Source: an uncultured bacterium
GTDB lineage: Bacteria > Zixibacteria > MSB-5A5 > CAIYYT01
DNA: 64,000 nucleotides
Reading direction: 5' to 3'
NCBI GenBank assembly: GCA_963726455.1
Contig: CAVSCK010000003.1
Coordinates: forward strand, 512,001-576,000
Position 1 is the stretch's first letter. Each line of letters begins with the position of its first letter. Of the stretch, positions 19,895 through 29,549 are shown in pieces. Made by a program: the position numbers and the translations under genes. The notes below the pieces were generated by a model. That model was not told the origin of the DNA and ran no database searches. It saw only the letters and a program-made list of their open reading frames with translations.

Positions 19895-19923
19895 AATTTA
19901 ACCCGTTTAACTTAAGCTGTCAA
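19895..19923 (-). promoter_or_regulatory. Sigma70 promoter
   Basis: TTGACA-17 bp-TAAATT. Confidence 0.6.
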
Positions 19924-20024
19924 CAGTTTTTTTTGAAATCGGCACACTTTTTTTGTGGCTTTTTGGCACCCCATGTAAGCAGTTGTTGTAACAAGACTTC
20001 TGTAAGTCAAGAAAGCCAACTGGC

Positions 20025-20732
20025 CTAAGTGATCATCTTTATCCAGTCACGAATGTACTGTATCCTATAGATTAACAACGAGATACGCGCCATGACTGTG
20101 TATCCGAACGTCGCTCCGAATCCAATCATTAGAGTATAGATACCCAATTTGGCGGCTCCACCCCAAGCGCCCTTATGCGCCTTGGAGAAAAAGAAATATA
20201 TCAGCGACGACATGGTACCAACGATGACGACGACATCCCAAATCCCCTGCGGGACTCCAAGAAATCCAGCCGTACTCCAGTCGAATCCAAGCCCTATCGT
20301 CGTTCCGCGAAGCTGTGATAGCACGTTGTTCTTCATGGTAACGGGAATGGCAATACCGCTGGAGATACCCAGAAACAAGGCGAGCGGATAACGGCTTATC
20401 CAGGCATACTTTCTGGAAAATCGCGTCCACATTGCAATACCGAGCAGGGCAGGAATAATGTAGTAGAACTCATCGAATTTCGGCTTCCAGGTATTGTACT
20501 GCACTTTCGTGACCGGATCGACGGCAAAATCGAATAAGTGGCTAAGAAGATTGGGATTAATACCGTTGTAGTAAAGCAGAATGGCCCAGTAACCCACGGA
20601 GACACCCACTACCAAATGCTCCGCGAACTTATAGAAAGGATTGTCTTTGTATAGAAAAGAGAACAGGCAAAGCGTCAAGAAGACACCCACCGTTGTCCAA
20701 ATTATCGTGTCCGTGCTAAAAGTCTGTTCCAT
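20025..20732 (-). CDS. Module gene D3: polytopic membrane protein of unknown function
   Basis: FSFLYKDNPFYKFAE and YFFFSK.HKG...FGATFGYTVM.R shared with D1 and D2. Confidence 0.85.
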   Translation of the reverse strand: MEQTFSTDTIIWTTVGVFLTLCLFSFLYKDNPFYKFAEHLVVGVSVGYWAILLYYNGINPNLLSHLFDFAVDPVTKVQYNTWKPKFDEFYYIIPALLGIAMWTRFSRKYAWISRYPLALFLGISSGIAIPVTMKNNVLSQLRGTTIGLGFDWSTAGFLGVPQGIWDVVVIVGTMSSLIYFFFSKAHKGAWGGAAKLGIYTLMIGFGATFGYTVMARISLLIYRIQYIRDWIKMIT

Positions 20733-21589
20733 TATTTACTCTCCTGTTTCGGAGCGCTCTTGCGTTTGCTGAGGAAGAAAGCCAGGTTCCCCATAATAAT
20801 GAAGATGATAATCACCACATGCGCGAATACCTGTACTTTCATCGCCTCGGTTGCCGTTCCGGGATTCTTGCAGAGAGTCTCATATTCTGCAGCCCCTTTC
20901 ATCCCGCCGATGATTCCGAATATCTGCTTCGATTGATAGTAGGGGTAGTAGTCGGCCGCCATAACACCGGTCATCGCCAGTGCGAGCTTCACGTTATAAC
21001 GAGCGTTTCCATCAGCGACCCACATGTCCGAGACGTTGCCTGCCGACAGATTAATGACGCCTTTGATGTTGTCATAATTCTTGATACCGCGCATCATGGG
21101 AATGGAGTCAAGGGTGGTACCGTAGTAATCTTGCGGAAAAGGAATACGGAAATTCATACCCATGCCGAGGATGATAATGCCGGGATAGGGTTTGTAGCCG
21201 AGGTAGACATAATCGATCCCACGTTCAGGCTTGAACCCGTGATAGACCAGGCAGGAATCCGCCACGTCCCTTACGATTTCTTCGGCCATCTGAGCACCGG
21301 TCTGTGACAATGTGAGAGTGATTACCTTAAGTTTCTTGGCGTAGCACTGCTCCAGCATGGCATAGGCCACCGGGTTTAGTTCCGCCAATGAACCCGGATC
21401 GTAATCCAATGAGAGCAGGATATAGTCGCCCGGTTTCAGGGCTTCAATGAAGTCGTAGATTTCCCTGACTTCCTTGACCGGAGTCAGTGGAACAGTAAAT
21501 GGAATAAACAGTGGAGTGATAACAAAAACCAGTAACACCGCAAAAACCCAGCGGCGATCGAGAGCCAAAAGTCGGTCGTGAAATGTCAT
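20732..21589 (-). CDS. Module gene C3: membrane-anchored alpha/beta domain protein
   Basis: DYDP..E, DYVYLGY, YPY..GG.KGAAEYE and Q..AH..GN shared with C1 and C2. Confidence 0.85.
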   Translation of the reverse strand: MTFHDRLLALDRRWVFAVLLVFVITPLFIPFTVPLTPVKEVREIYDFIEALKPGDYILLSLDYDPGSLAELNPVAYAMLEQCYAKKLKVITLTLSQTGAQMAEEIVRDVADSCLVYHGFKPERGIDYVYLGYKPYPGIIILGMGMNFRIPFPQDYYGTTLDSIPMMRGIKNYDNIKGVINLSAGNVSDMWVADGNARYNVKLALAMTGVMAADYYPYYQSKQIFGIIGGMKGAAEYETLCKNPGTATEAMKVQVFAHVVIIIFIIMGNLAFFLSKRKSAPKQESK

Positions 21590-21601
21590 GCCATTCTCCT
21601 C

Positions 21602-22237
21602 TCAATCCTTGCCCAGGTATGAACGTTCAATACCCAGCACAATCTTTAGCGCGGTGGCAACCCCGCCCAGACCGACACCGATGAGGATTGCGCGTTTCGC
21701 GGCCAAATTCGGCACCATTAACATCCAACTACCCACCTGGTTGATCGGATCAGCGAGCGGTCCCGTCGGTATTACTCGCATCATCAACAGGAGAGCCGCG
21801 ACGAGCAATACCGTCGAGACAGCTGAACGGGCGCGAAAAGCGCGGTATGATGCCGAGGCGATATAGAACGCGAGCAATGCGAAGATGGTCGCCTGTATCG
21901 GGATGAAGATGTTGCTGTAAAGCAGGCGGAAGATCGTGCCGTTGAGACCGTTAAAGACCTGGGACCCCTTGATCGTAAGTCCAAAGACAATCATCGCAAA
22001 CATCGAGACCAGGACTACCACACTGTATTGCCAATCTTCGGAACGGCGCTTTATCTTGTAATAGCCGACGTGAATTTGCGACCAGATACCGAGTACCATC
22101 GCAAAAATACCGATTACCGTTAGCCCGTCTAAAGCCACTTCATAGAAGCGTAGCGATGGTTCGGACGGAACAAAGTACTGAATGGCCAGCAACACACCGA
22201 AAACGAAAACCAATATTAATGGAATCTGTTGTTTCAT
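21602..22237 (-). CDS. Module gene B3: polytopic membrane protein
   Basis: Start reassigned to MKQQIPL (GGAGG RBS); LAF..ASASYRAFRAR and LGIERSYLG shared with B1 and B2. Confidence 0.85.
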   Translation of the reverse strand: MKQQIPLILVFVFGVLLAIQYFVPSEPSLRFYEVALDGLTVIGIFAMVLGIWSQIHVGYYKIKRRSEDWQYSVVVLVSMFAMIVFGLTIKGSQVFNGLNGTIFRLLYSNIFIPIQATIFALLAFYIASASYRAFRARSAVSTVLLVAALLLMMRVIPTGPLADPINQVGSWMLMVPNLAAKRAILIGVGLGGVATALKIVLGIERSYLGKD

Positions 22238-22247
22238 GCCAACCTCC

Positions 22248-23495
22248 TCACCACCAGGGCGCGTCAAAGGGTTTACTGAGGAAATCTGCTCCAGTGAATA
22301 CCCGGAGAGCGAGAAGGACAACCATGCCGGCAAGCACGATGGCTTTGAGATAGTCTTGCGCTTTCAGCGTTCCGAGTAGCAGGGGCTCCCGGCCGAGATA
22401 GGCACTAGCAGCATACAGTTCCTCACCCAGCAGAGTATAGTCGCAAGCGACCACAAAGAAAGGCAGCTGCGAGACCTGGTCCGTGCCCGCGATTTGGATC
22501 GAACCGGCAAGGACTCCCGTTTCCGCCAGCAACAGCGATTCGGCGGCGAAATAACCGAGATAAATGTTGGTCGCCGGTTTTTCCCGGAGAATCGTTCCAT
22601 TGACTGCGGCGACGTACGGGAACTGCTGACTGGTCACGTAGTAGACGGAGTCTTCTTTGTAAGTGTCGGGCCGTCCCGCATCGGCATAGCCTGTCTTCAC
22701 GGTCTCCTGCGCAATGGTCATTACGACGGGATCACAGCAAGGGACAATCATCGAAGTCTGGTATTCTGCCACTTTGCGCGCCACGCGACCGAGCACGGTA
22801 AACGAGGCGATCGTGGCAATGTCTCCGGCGGTTCCAATTCCTAACACGTACAGGATCGGTTTGCCCATTTCGGTGGCACGACCGATAGCTTCATCAATGG
22901 CTTCGATACCCGCCAGCGGGCGCACATAAAGATCGATGCCCTTCTTGGCCATGTTGATTAATTTGACGGTCAGAATCAAGAAGATGATGCAGAAGAGTAG
23001 CTCCGGCATCTTCATAGAGTTGAACCAGTTGTCGTAGGCCTGTACGGGTCCGCCCGCTGCCGGTGCGCTCTTTCCGCCCGGGCCAACGGCATAGACGCGA
23101 TAGTACAGATTCGTGTTCTTCGGCAAATATTCGGGACTTGTCTTATCGCGGTTCCCTTTGTCCGCATAACTGGAATTTCCCAGAACGACTGTCCCCGCTT
23201 TCAGCCACGCCGAATCGGGAGCGTCGGGTGAAGTCGCGCGATAAATGTCATAACTGATCACGTTCTTCTTACCAGCGCCGTCATCAGGTGACAGGGTCCA
23301 TTTCACCTGGACACCATGGCCGTCATCGTTGGGAAGATCTTTTAGAGTTACATTAGAGGGCGGCGCGGGCGGTTCCGACGGGATCACCGCCGTTTCAGCG
23401 GGAGGGTCGGAGGTCGCCGTCTGCGCCAATATTGCCTGAGTAAGGCAAAGTGACATACAGATCAGGAGGAACAATATCAGATGTTTCACTTCCAC
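22248..23495 (-). CDS. Module gene A3: signal peptide, FN3-like domain, TM and DUF6754-like domain
   Basis: EAIDEAIGRATEMG and PFFVVACDYTLLGEELYAASAYL motifs; family name recalled, not searched. Confidence 0.85.
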   Translation of the reverse strand: MEVKHLILFLLICMSLCLTQAILAQTATSDPPAETAVIPSEPPAPPSNVTLKDLPNDDGHGVQVKWTLSPDDGAGKKNVISYDIYRATSPDAPDSAWLKAGTVVLGNSSYADKGNRDKTSPEYLPKNTNLYYRVYAVGPGGKSAPAAGGPVQAYDNWFNSMKMPELLFCIIFLILTVKLINMAKKGIDLYVRPLAGIEAIDEAIGRATEMGKPILYVLGIGTAGDIATIASFTVLGRVARKVAEYQTSMIVPCCDPVVMTIAQETVKTGYADAGRPDTYKEDSVYYVTSQQFPYVAAVNGTILREKPATNIYLGYFAAESLLLAETGVLAGSIQIAGTDQVSQLPFFVVACDYTLLGEELYAASAYLGREPLLLGTLKAQDYLKAIVLAGMVVLLALRVFTGADFLSKPFDAPWW

Positions 23496-23517
23496 CTCGC
23501 GTGGCTTAAGGATTTTG

Positions 23518-24336
23518 TCACAATATATTCAACCAGTCTCCGAAGAGAAAGGTAATTCTTCCCACCAGCAGCGAAATGCGCCCCATTACCGTGTATCCAA
23601 ACGACGCACCGAAGGTGATCATCAGAATCCAGATTCCGATTCGCGACGCGACACCAAAGGCGCCTTTGTGTTCTTTCGAGAAGAAGAAGTAGATCAGTCC
23701 GCACATCACGCCGACAAAGATTACCCAGTTAGTCAGGATAGCTATGAACTGTCCATCGGCGGCCAGCGACACATGGCTGATGAAATCGCCCACTCCTTTC
23801 CAGTCAACAAAGAGCGGAATGAATGAGTTGGCGACCTGACTGATAAAATCGGAACGGAGATAGCGAGTCAAGTTAAGGCCGGCGGTGGCGCCGATAATGA
23901 ATGCCAACGACCAACGCGACATCCAACCGACTTTGGGCATCAATCGCATCAGCAAAATCAAACCAAATATGATTGGTATGTAGATTAGGACGTGATCCGC
24001 CTGCGCCTGATATGGCACTTTGAAAAATTCCGACAGGGTCTGGGACGCGCGCGGCACGAAGTTGCCTACGACGGTACTCCAGAAGCCGTAGCACATCCAA
24101 TAGCCGGCTGAGATGCCGACGTACAGACTTTCTGCAAACTTGTAGAATGGATTGTCGCGATAGAGAAATGAGAATATTGATAGCGTCAGAAACACCGCGA
24201 AAGTGATCAGGAAGCCGTCGCGGATATTCATGAATTGTGATTCTGAAGTGCCACTGCTTGATTTGGTGATCCAGCTAATGACGAATACCAAAGCCACTAA
24301 GGCCATCACGATTCTGCCGGCGGTCTTCATGTTCAT
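23518..24336 (-). CDS. Module gene D2: polytopic membrane protein
   Basis: Paralog of D1 and D3. Confidence 0.85.
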   Translation of the reverse strand: MNMKTAGRIVMALVALVFVISWITKSSSGTSESQFMNIRDGFLITFAVFLTLSIFSFLYRDNPFYKFAESLYVGISAGYWMCYGFWSTVVGNFVPRASQTLSEFFKVPYQAQADHVLIYIPIIFGLILLMRLMPKVGWMSRWSLAFIIGATAGLNLTRYLRSDFISQVANSFIPLFVDWKGVGDFISHVSLAADGQFIAILTNWVIFVGVMCGLIYFFFSKEHKGAFGVASRIGIWILMITFGASFGYTVMGRISLLVGRITFLFGDWLNIL

Positions 24337-25241
24337 AATTTACCGCCCTTTTTGCGTGATCTGAAATAAGCCACATTACCAATTACTATGAATGCGATGA
24401 TAACCACGTGAGCCATGGTCTGCGGCCCCATCATGCGCAGAGCGGGCATCGGCTTCTTTTCGAAGCGTGGATAGGTCTTGAGCAGTTGTGATTCATACTC
24501 CGCGGCGCCCTTGGTTCCACCAAGCAAGCCCACGAGCTGTCGGGGCCAATAAGGGTACAGAAGCGGAGTTGAGACCGCCGCCGAGCCGCCTGCCGTCGGC
24601 ACCTTGCCCGGATCGCCCGCAAACAGCACCCATTCCTTCACACCTGGTTTACCGCCGCCAACGGAAATCAGCAAATCCATATCCTTGAGCGACTGGACAT
24701 CCTTGAACATCGGCAGCGAATCGAGCGAATTGCCATAGGCGTCAGAGGGAAACATCTTGCGGAAATTCGTAATGACAACATTAAGTACGCCCTCGTTGCC
24801 GGCTTTGTACCCGAGATTGCAGTAGTCTACCCCGTACTTGGCATCGGGAAAATCCGGTTTGAGAACCTGGTCCAGACTCAACCTAAGCAATGACTGCCCG
24901 GTTGCCCAAAGTGACATAAAGTAGAGTCGGTGCTTCTTTTCGAGAATGTGCCTGATAAAAGCATCGGTCATCGGCTGAACTTCCGGTGCCATGGCGGGAT
25001 CGAAGTCGTAAGACAGCACAATTTTCGATCCGGGCGGCAGACTCTCGATCTTGTCGAACACATTCTTCACGATCGGAGTTGCGACTTCGCCGAATTCAAG
25101 TCGGAAAATGATCGCCAGCGCCACCGTCAGTCCGACGAACAAGTACACAATACGCCGGTCAACATCGCGGCCTTTAATGGACAGGTAGAGAATCCAAAGC
25201 AGCCCGCCACCGATAACGATAATCGAAACTATCAGACCCAT
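24333..25241 (-). CDS. Module gene C2
   Basis: Start reassigned to ATG 25241 (GGAGG RBS, just after the B2 stop); paralog of C1 and C3. Confidence 0.83.
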   Translation of the reverse strand: MGLIVSIIVIGGGLLWILYLSIKGRDVDRRIVYLFVGLTVALAIIFRLEFGEVATPIVKNVFDKIESLPPGSKIVLSYDFDPAMAPEVQPMTDAFIRHILEKKHRLYFMSLWATGQSLLRLSLDQVLKPDFPDAKYGVDYCNLGYKAGNEGVLNVVITNFRKMFPSDAYGNSLDSLPMFKDVQSLKDMDLLISVGGGKPGVKEWVLFAGDPGKVPTAGGSAAVSTPLLYPYWPRQLVGLLGGTKGAAEYESQLLKTYPRFEKKPMPALRMMGPQTMAHVVIIAFIVIGNVAYFRSRKKGGKL

Positions 25242-25242
25242 C

Positions 25243-25917
25243 TCAACTATCCCCTCCCAGGTAGCTGCGCTCAATGCCCAGTAGCAGGCGTAGCGACATC
25301 GAAATTACCCCCAGCGAGATTCCAATCATGATGGCACGTTGTCCGGCCAGGTTAGGGGCATTCATAATCCAAATTGCCAGATTGGGAATTTGCAGCACCG
25401 AGAGCTGATCCGGCACCCAATTTGTCAAGAGCACGCCCAGTGCCGTTCTCCCTAACAAAATTATGAACGCGGCAACAAGAAGTATCGTGGCTTCGGTATT
25501 CTTGGCACGGAATGCCCGATACGATGCGGACGCGACAAAGAAAGCCAGCAGCGCGTACATCGTCGAATTCAGCGGCGACATGACGTATTGGAATAGAAGC
25601 TGGAAGTAAGAGCCCGTTTGCGAAAGATCGCCTGAGATACCCCCGGAATTGCCAAGCTTGAACAGCCCGGTCGCCAGCATCAGACCAAAGCCAAATAGAG
25701 TAACGATTGAATAGCCCCAGTCCTCTGATTTGCGGCTGATCTTTTCGGTATGAACGCGAATGAGGTTGCCACCACCAAGGAAGAACGCGAATACGGCGAT
25801 TATGTCGAAATAGAGTGAAGCATCTTCCTGCAAGTATTTGGCCGAAGGCACAAACACCGACACGACCAGCAGTGTGCCGACCGCGGAGAGAATAAGCATG
25901 GGAATCTGGCGTTTCAC
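25243..25917 (-). CDS. Module gene B2
   Basis: Paralog of B1 and B3. Confidence 0.85.
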   Translation of the reverse strand: MKRQIPMLILSAVGTLLVVSVFVPSAKYLQEDASLYFDIIAVFAFFLGGGNLIRVHTEKISRKSEDWGYSIVTLFGFGLMLATGLFKLGNSGGISGDLSQTGSYFQLLFQYVMSPLNSTMYALLAFFVASASYRAFRAKNTEATILLVAAFIILLGRTALGVLLTNWVPDQLSVLQIPNLAIWIMNAPNLAGQRAIMIGISLGVISMSLRLLLGIERSYLGGDS

Positions 25918-25932
25918 TGTCTTGTCTTACTC

Positions 25933-27201
25933 CTAGCCCGTCGAGAACATCTCACGCAGCACTTTTTCAACCCAAACCATGGAACCCCATCCCCAGGCGC
26001 TGGCAATAGTTGTGGCAATCACGCCGACCAATATCACGATCATGGCAATGGCTTTGCCGACATCCTGCCCTTTGAGCGAGCCCATTTGGCGCGGTTCTTC
26101 CGAAAGATAAGCCGATGCGGCAAACAGTTCTTCGCCGATCAATGTGTAATCACAGGCAGCGACAAAGAAAGGCAACTGCGCTGGCATGGCGGTTCCGGCG
26201 ATTTGAATCGCACCTATTGAGTTACCGGTTTCGGCCATAATCAGCGATTCGGCGAAAAACGCCCCCAGGAAGAAACAGGCCGCGGGTTTTTCGCGTACCA
26301 TGATGCCGTCAACGGCCGCAACAAATCCGAACTGCTCGTCGGTGACATAATGAACCATGTCATCGTTATAGGCATCCGGCCGACCGGCAGTCACATAGGC
26401 CTGCTTGATCGTCTCGCGCGCGGCAGTCATCACCAGCGACGCACGCACCGGCATATTGATCTTGGTGTCGTACTCCGCCACGGTGCGGGCGATTCTTCCC
26501 AGAATCGTCAGTCCCGCAATCGTCTGCACATCGTCCATATCCTGAATACCGGCAACGAAGAGAATCGGGCGCCCCATCTCGGTTGCGCGACCGACGGCTT
26601 CATCAATGGCCTCCAAGCCGGCGATGCGGCGCAGAAATAATTTTGTGCCTCGCTTAGCGCTTTCGATAAACAGAATCACCGCGCCGCAGAAAATGACGCC
26701 GATGATCAACACCCAGGCCAACCGCGTATCGAACCACTGCTTCTCAGATTGAGCGGGCGCCGAAGGTTCGGAGGTTACCTTGTTGTTGTTGACCAGGGCG
26801 GCAACAGTGTAAGTATAGCTGCTGTCATCGGATGTATTTCTATCTTCGTAGGAACGGGTCGCAAATGGAGCAACGTCGATCGAGTCGATCTTATTGGAGA
26901 TGACGTTCGTGCGCCGGATTTCGAAGCCCCGGAAATTGTCGAGCTTTTCGTAACCGGGATCCTTCCATTCGACAGTGATCGAACCACCGGCATCGTTGTC
27001 GGTATCGAAGGCCTTGACAGTTACGGCGCCTAGATTGGGAATGGTCTGAACGGGCGTTGACGGCAGCAACGGCTTAAGTGTGTCACTCGTCGGCGTCGCA
27101 CTTTCGACCGCGAGTAGACAACCACTCAAAGAAATGAATAGTACCGTAACCAGGAGAAATATGAGGGCATCAAGCTTCGCAATGCGAAGGGGTGCTGTCA
27201 T
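25933..27201 (-). CDS. Module gene A2 (FN3-like plus DUF6754-like)
   Basis: Paralog of A1 and A3. Confidence 0.85.
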   Translation of the reverse strand: MTAPLRIAKLDALIFLLVTVLFISLSGCLLAVESATPTSDTLKPLLPSTPVQTIPNLGAVTVKAFDTDNDAGGSITVEWKDPGYEKLDNFRGFEIRRTNVISNKIDSIDVAPFATRSYEDRNTSDDSSYTYTVAALVNNNKVTSEPSAPAQSEKQWFDTRLAWVLIIGVIFCGAVILFIESAKRGTKLFLRRIAGLEAIDEAVGRATEMGRPILFVAGIQDMDDVQTIAGLTILGRIARTVAEYDTKINMPVRASLVMTAARETIKQAYVTAGRPDAYNDDMVHYVTDEQFGFVAAVDGIMVREKPAACFFLGAFFAESLIMAETGNSIGAIQIAGTAMPAQLPFFVAACDYTLIGEELFAASAYLSEEPRQMGSLKGQDVGKAIAMIVILVGVIATTIASAWGWGSMVWVEKVLREMFSTG

Positions 27202-27207
27202 AAAATG

Positions 27208-27864
27208 CTATTTAACCAGTTTCAGCCAGTCGGTGAGCAAGAAATCAATTCGTCCCAACAGGAGCGACATACGGCTCATGACCGTGTATCCGAATGACGC
27301 GCCGAAGGTGATCATCAAGAACCAAGTGCCGACTTTGGCGGCTCCGCCAAAAAGGCCCTTGTGCTCTTTCGAGAAGTAGAAATAGATAAGACCCGTGATC
27401 GTACCGATTACAATCACAAATCGTCCAATAATTTCGTAGCTGTTCCCCGACGCGACTGCTGCGACCGTGTCGACGACCGTCCCGTGGACCTGAGCCACGG
27501 CATTGGTTGAGAAGTAGGTCATCATTCTCAAACCGACCGTGGCACCGACGATGAACGCCAGCGGCCAGCGCGCAATCCAGCCCGCCTTGCCGATAAGGCG
27601 AGTGAGAAGCATTACGCCGAGGATGATACCGCCAATAAACCAATAATCCGGGTCAGGGAGACCCTGAGCGTCTAGATGATTAATACCACTGACGATCGGT
27701 CGATACAGACTATCCCAGAAATAAGTAATGAACCAGAATCCGGCAGAAATTCCGATGAATATCGCCTCGGAGACCTTATAGAAAATATTGTCCCGATACA
27801 GGAATGAGACAATTCCGAGGGTCAAGAGAGCAGCGAGCCAGATGCCAATCAATGTGCTGTCCAT
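27208..27864 (-). CDS. Module gene D1
   Basis: Own ATG at 27864 (MDSTLIGIW); shown in the ORF track fused to C1 because of a frameshift. Confidence 0.82.
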   Translation of the reverse strand: MDSTLIGIWLAALLTLGIVSFLYRDNIFYKVSEAIFIGISAGFWFITYFWDSLYRPIVSGINHLDAQGLPDPDYWFIGGIILGVMLLTRLIGKAGWIARWPLAFIVGATVGLRMMTYFSTNAVAQVHGTVVDTVAAVASGNSYEIIGRFVIVIGTITGLIYFYFSKEHKGLFGGAAKVGTWFLMITFGASFGYTVMSRMSLLLGRIDFLLTDWLKLVK

Positions 27865-27875
27865 CGGATTCCCTT

Positions 27876-28860
27876 CTATTCCCTTACTTCCTTGCGTTTG
27901 CCAAGGAAGAGTGCCACGTTGCCGATGATAATAAAGGCAATCACTACGATATGAGAAAAGGACTGGGCGAGTATGTAAGTTGTTGCTTTCGCCTATCTCG
28001 CCGGTTGCCATTTCAAATTCGGCTGCGCCCGTCATACCACCCGCGAGCCCTTTTAGTTTTCCTGAACTCAGGTAGGGATACACCGACGGCGCTTGAACAG
28101 CGGTGTTGCCGGCGCCAAGATCCTTGCCAAAACGATCGACGGCAATCTGCACCCATTCGACAGTGCCCGGATAGCCGGCGGAGAAATTGATTACGTAATC
28201 AATGTTGCTGAAATTTTCTACTCCTTTGAGCAAAGGAATGCTGTCATACAGAGTGTTGTAAATGTCACGCGGGAAAGGATCGCGGAATGATCTCCCCATA
28301 CGCTGAACCAGAAATTCGTTGCCCGATTGGAATCCGAGATTGACGTAATCAGTCCCGTACTTCAGATTCATCTTCTTTACTTCCGGTTCCTCCAGGGCTC
28401 TGACCACCGACATATTGGCCTGCTGAGGTCCCTGAGGCCACAAACCCATGATAATAACCTTCAGGCCATGCTTGAACGCGTATTTCATAAATGCATCAGC
28501 CATCGGTTGCAGTTCCGGCGCTGAAGGGGGATCATAATCAAATGCCGCCAAGACTTTCGAACCGGGCTCGAGCTTGGTAATCGCGTCGTAAAGCAATTGA
28601 ACTTCGGGAGAAATCTTCACCGGCGGGCGGAAACTCATGAAGAATGGAAGTGTCAGTGAAACGGCGATAAAGACAAACACTGTGCGCCTGCCAACCGGTC
28701 TACCTATGATAGTCAGTATGAGCATGCCGACAAGGGCAAGGAACAACAAGACCGTTACGACAACTGAAACGGATGATGAGAAAGAAAGGGGCTTGGGGAG
28801 CACGATAATCAAGATCAGTAATCCAAGCAGCACGAACCAAGGGGTATACTTCTTCATCAT
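27876..28860 (-). CDS. Module gene C1 (one extra base near 27990)
   Basis: Removing one base at ~27990 restores KATTYILAQSFSHIVVIAFIIIGNVALFLGKRKEVRE*, matching the C2 and C3 C-termini. Confidence 0.82.
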
Positions 28861-29531
28861 CAGCCTTCCAGATGTGACCTTTCAATACCGAGCATGATTC
28901 GGAGCGCCGTCGATGCCGTGCCAAGAGCAATGCCTATCATGACTGCGCGCTGCCCTGCGGTCTGGGGAAATGCCATCAGCCAATTAGAGAGATCGGAGAG
29001 TCGATAACCCTCTGGCATGAATCCCGTTAGTAAGTCACCGACAGGCACCCTGCCTATCATCACAAAGAAAGCCGCAAGCAACAGCAGTGTCGCTTGCAGG
29101 TTCCGGGCTCGGAAAGCTCGATAAGAAGCCGAAGCCACGAAGAACGCCAAGATCGCGAACATCGTTGACGAAAGCGGCGTATAGACGTATTGATACATCC
29201 AGTCAAAATGGGTTCCTGGATCGCGGAATGAGCCGGGCGGATTCATCCCCAGACCTTTGAAGCCGTCATAGGCGCCGACGGCAACCATAATAAGGAAACA
29301 AACGATAATTATGAGTGAGATCGGCCAATCCTTCGCCTTTCGGGAGATATTGAACAACTGAATCTTCAAGAGACTGAGTGCCCCTAACCAAACAGCGAAC
29401 GCGCCTGCCATGGCGAACCAGAGATTGAAAATCTGTTCTGATCGGCTGAAGGGATCATGAGGGATAAAATATGAAACAAGGAATACGAGTCCGGCGACGA
29501 ATGTGATGATTAAGGGTACTTCGCGTTTCAT
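28860..29531 (-). CDS. Module gene B1
   Basis: Paralog of B2 and B3. Confidence 0.85.
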   Translation of the reverse strand: MKREVPLIITFVAGLVFLVSYFIPHDPFSRSEQIFNLWFAMAGAFAVWLGALSLLKIQLFNISRKAKDWPISLIIIVCFLIMVAVGAYDGFKGLGMNPPGSFRDPGTHFDWMYQYVYTPLSSTMFAILAFFVASASYRAFRARNLQATLLLLAAFFVMIGRVPVGDLLTGFMPEGYRLSDLSNWLMAFPQTAGQRAVMIGIALGTASTALRIMLGIERSHLEG

Positions 29532-29549
29532 ATCTATAAACTCAATTGA

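Noticed and set aside
27208-28860. 550-aa C-D fusion protein in the ORF track
   Set aside because: The junction is out-of-frame sequence. A one-base correction restores the paralog-like C terminus, its stop and a separate ATG for D.
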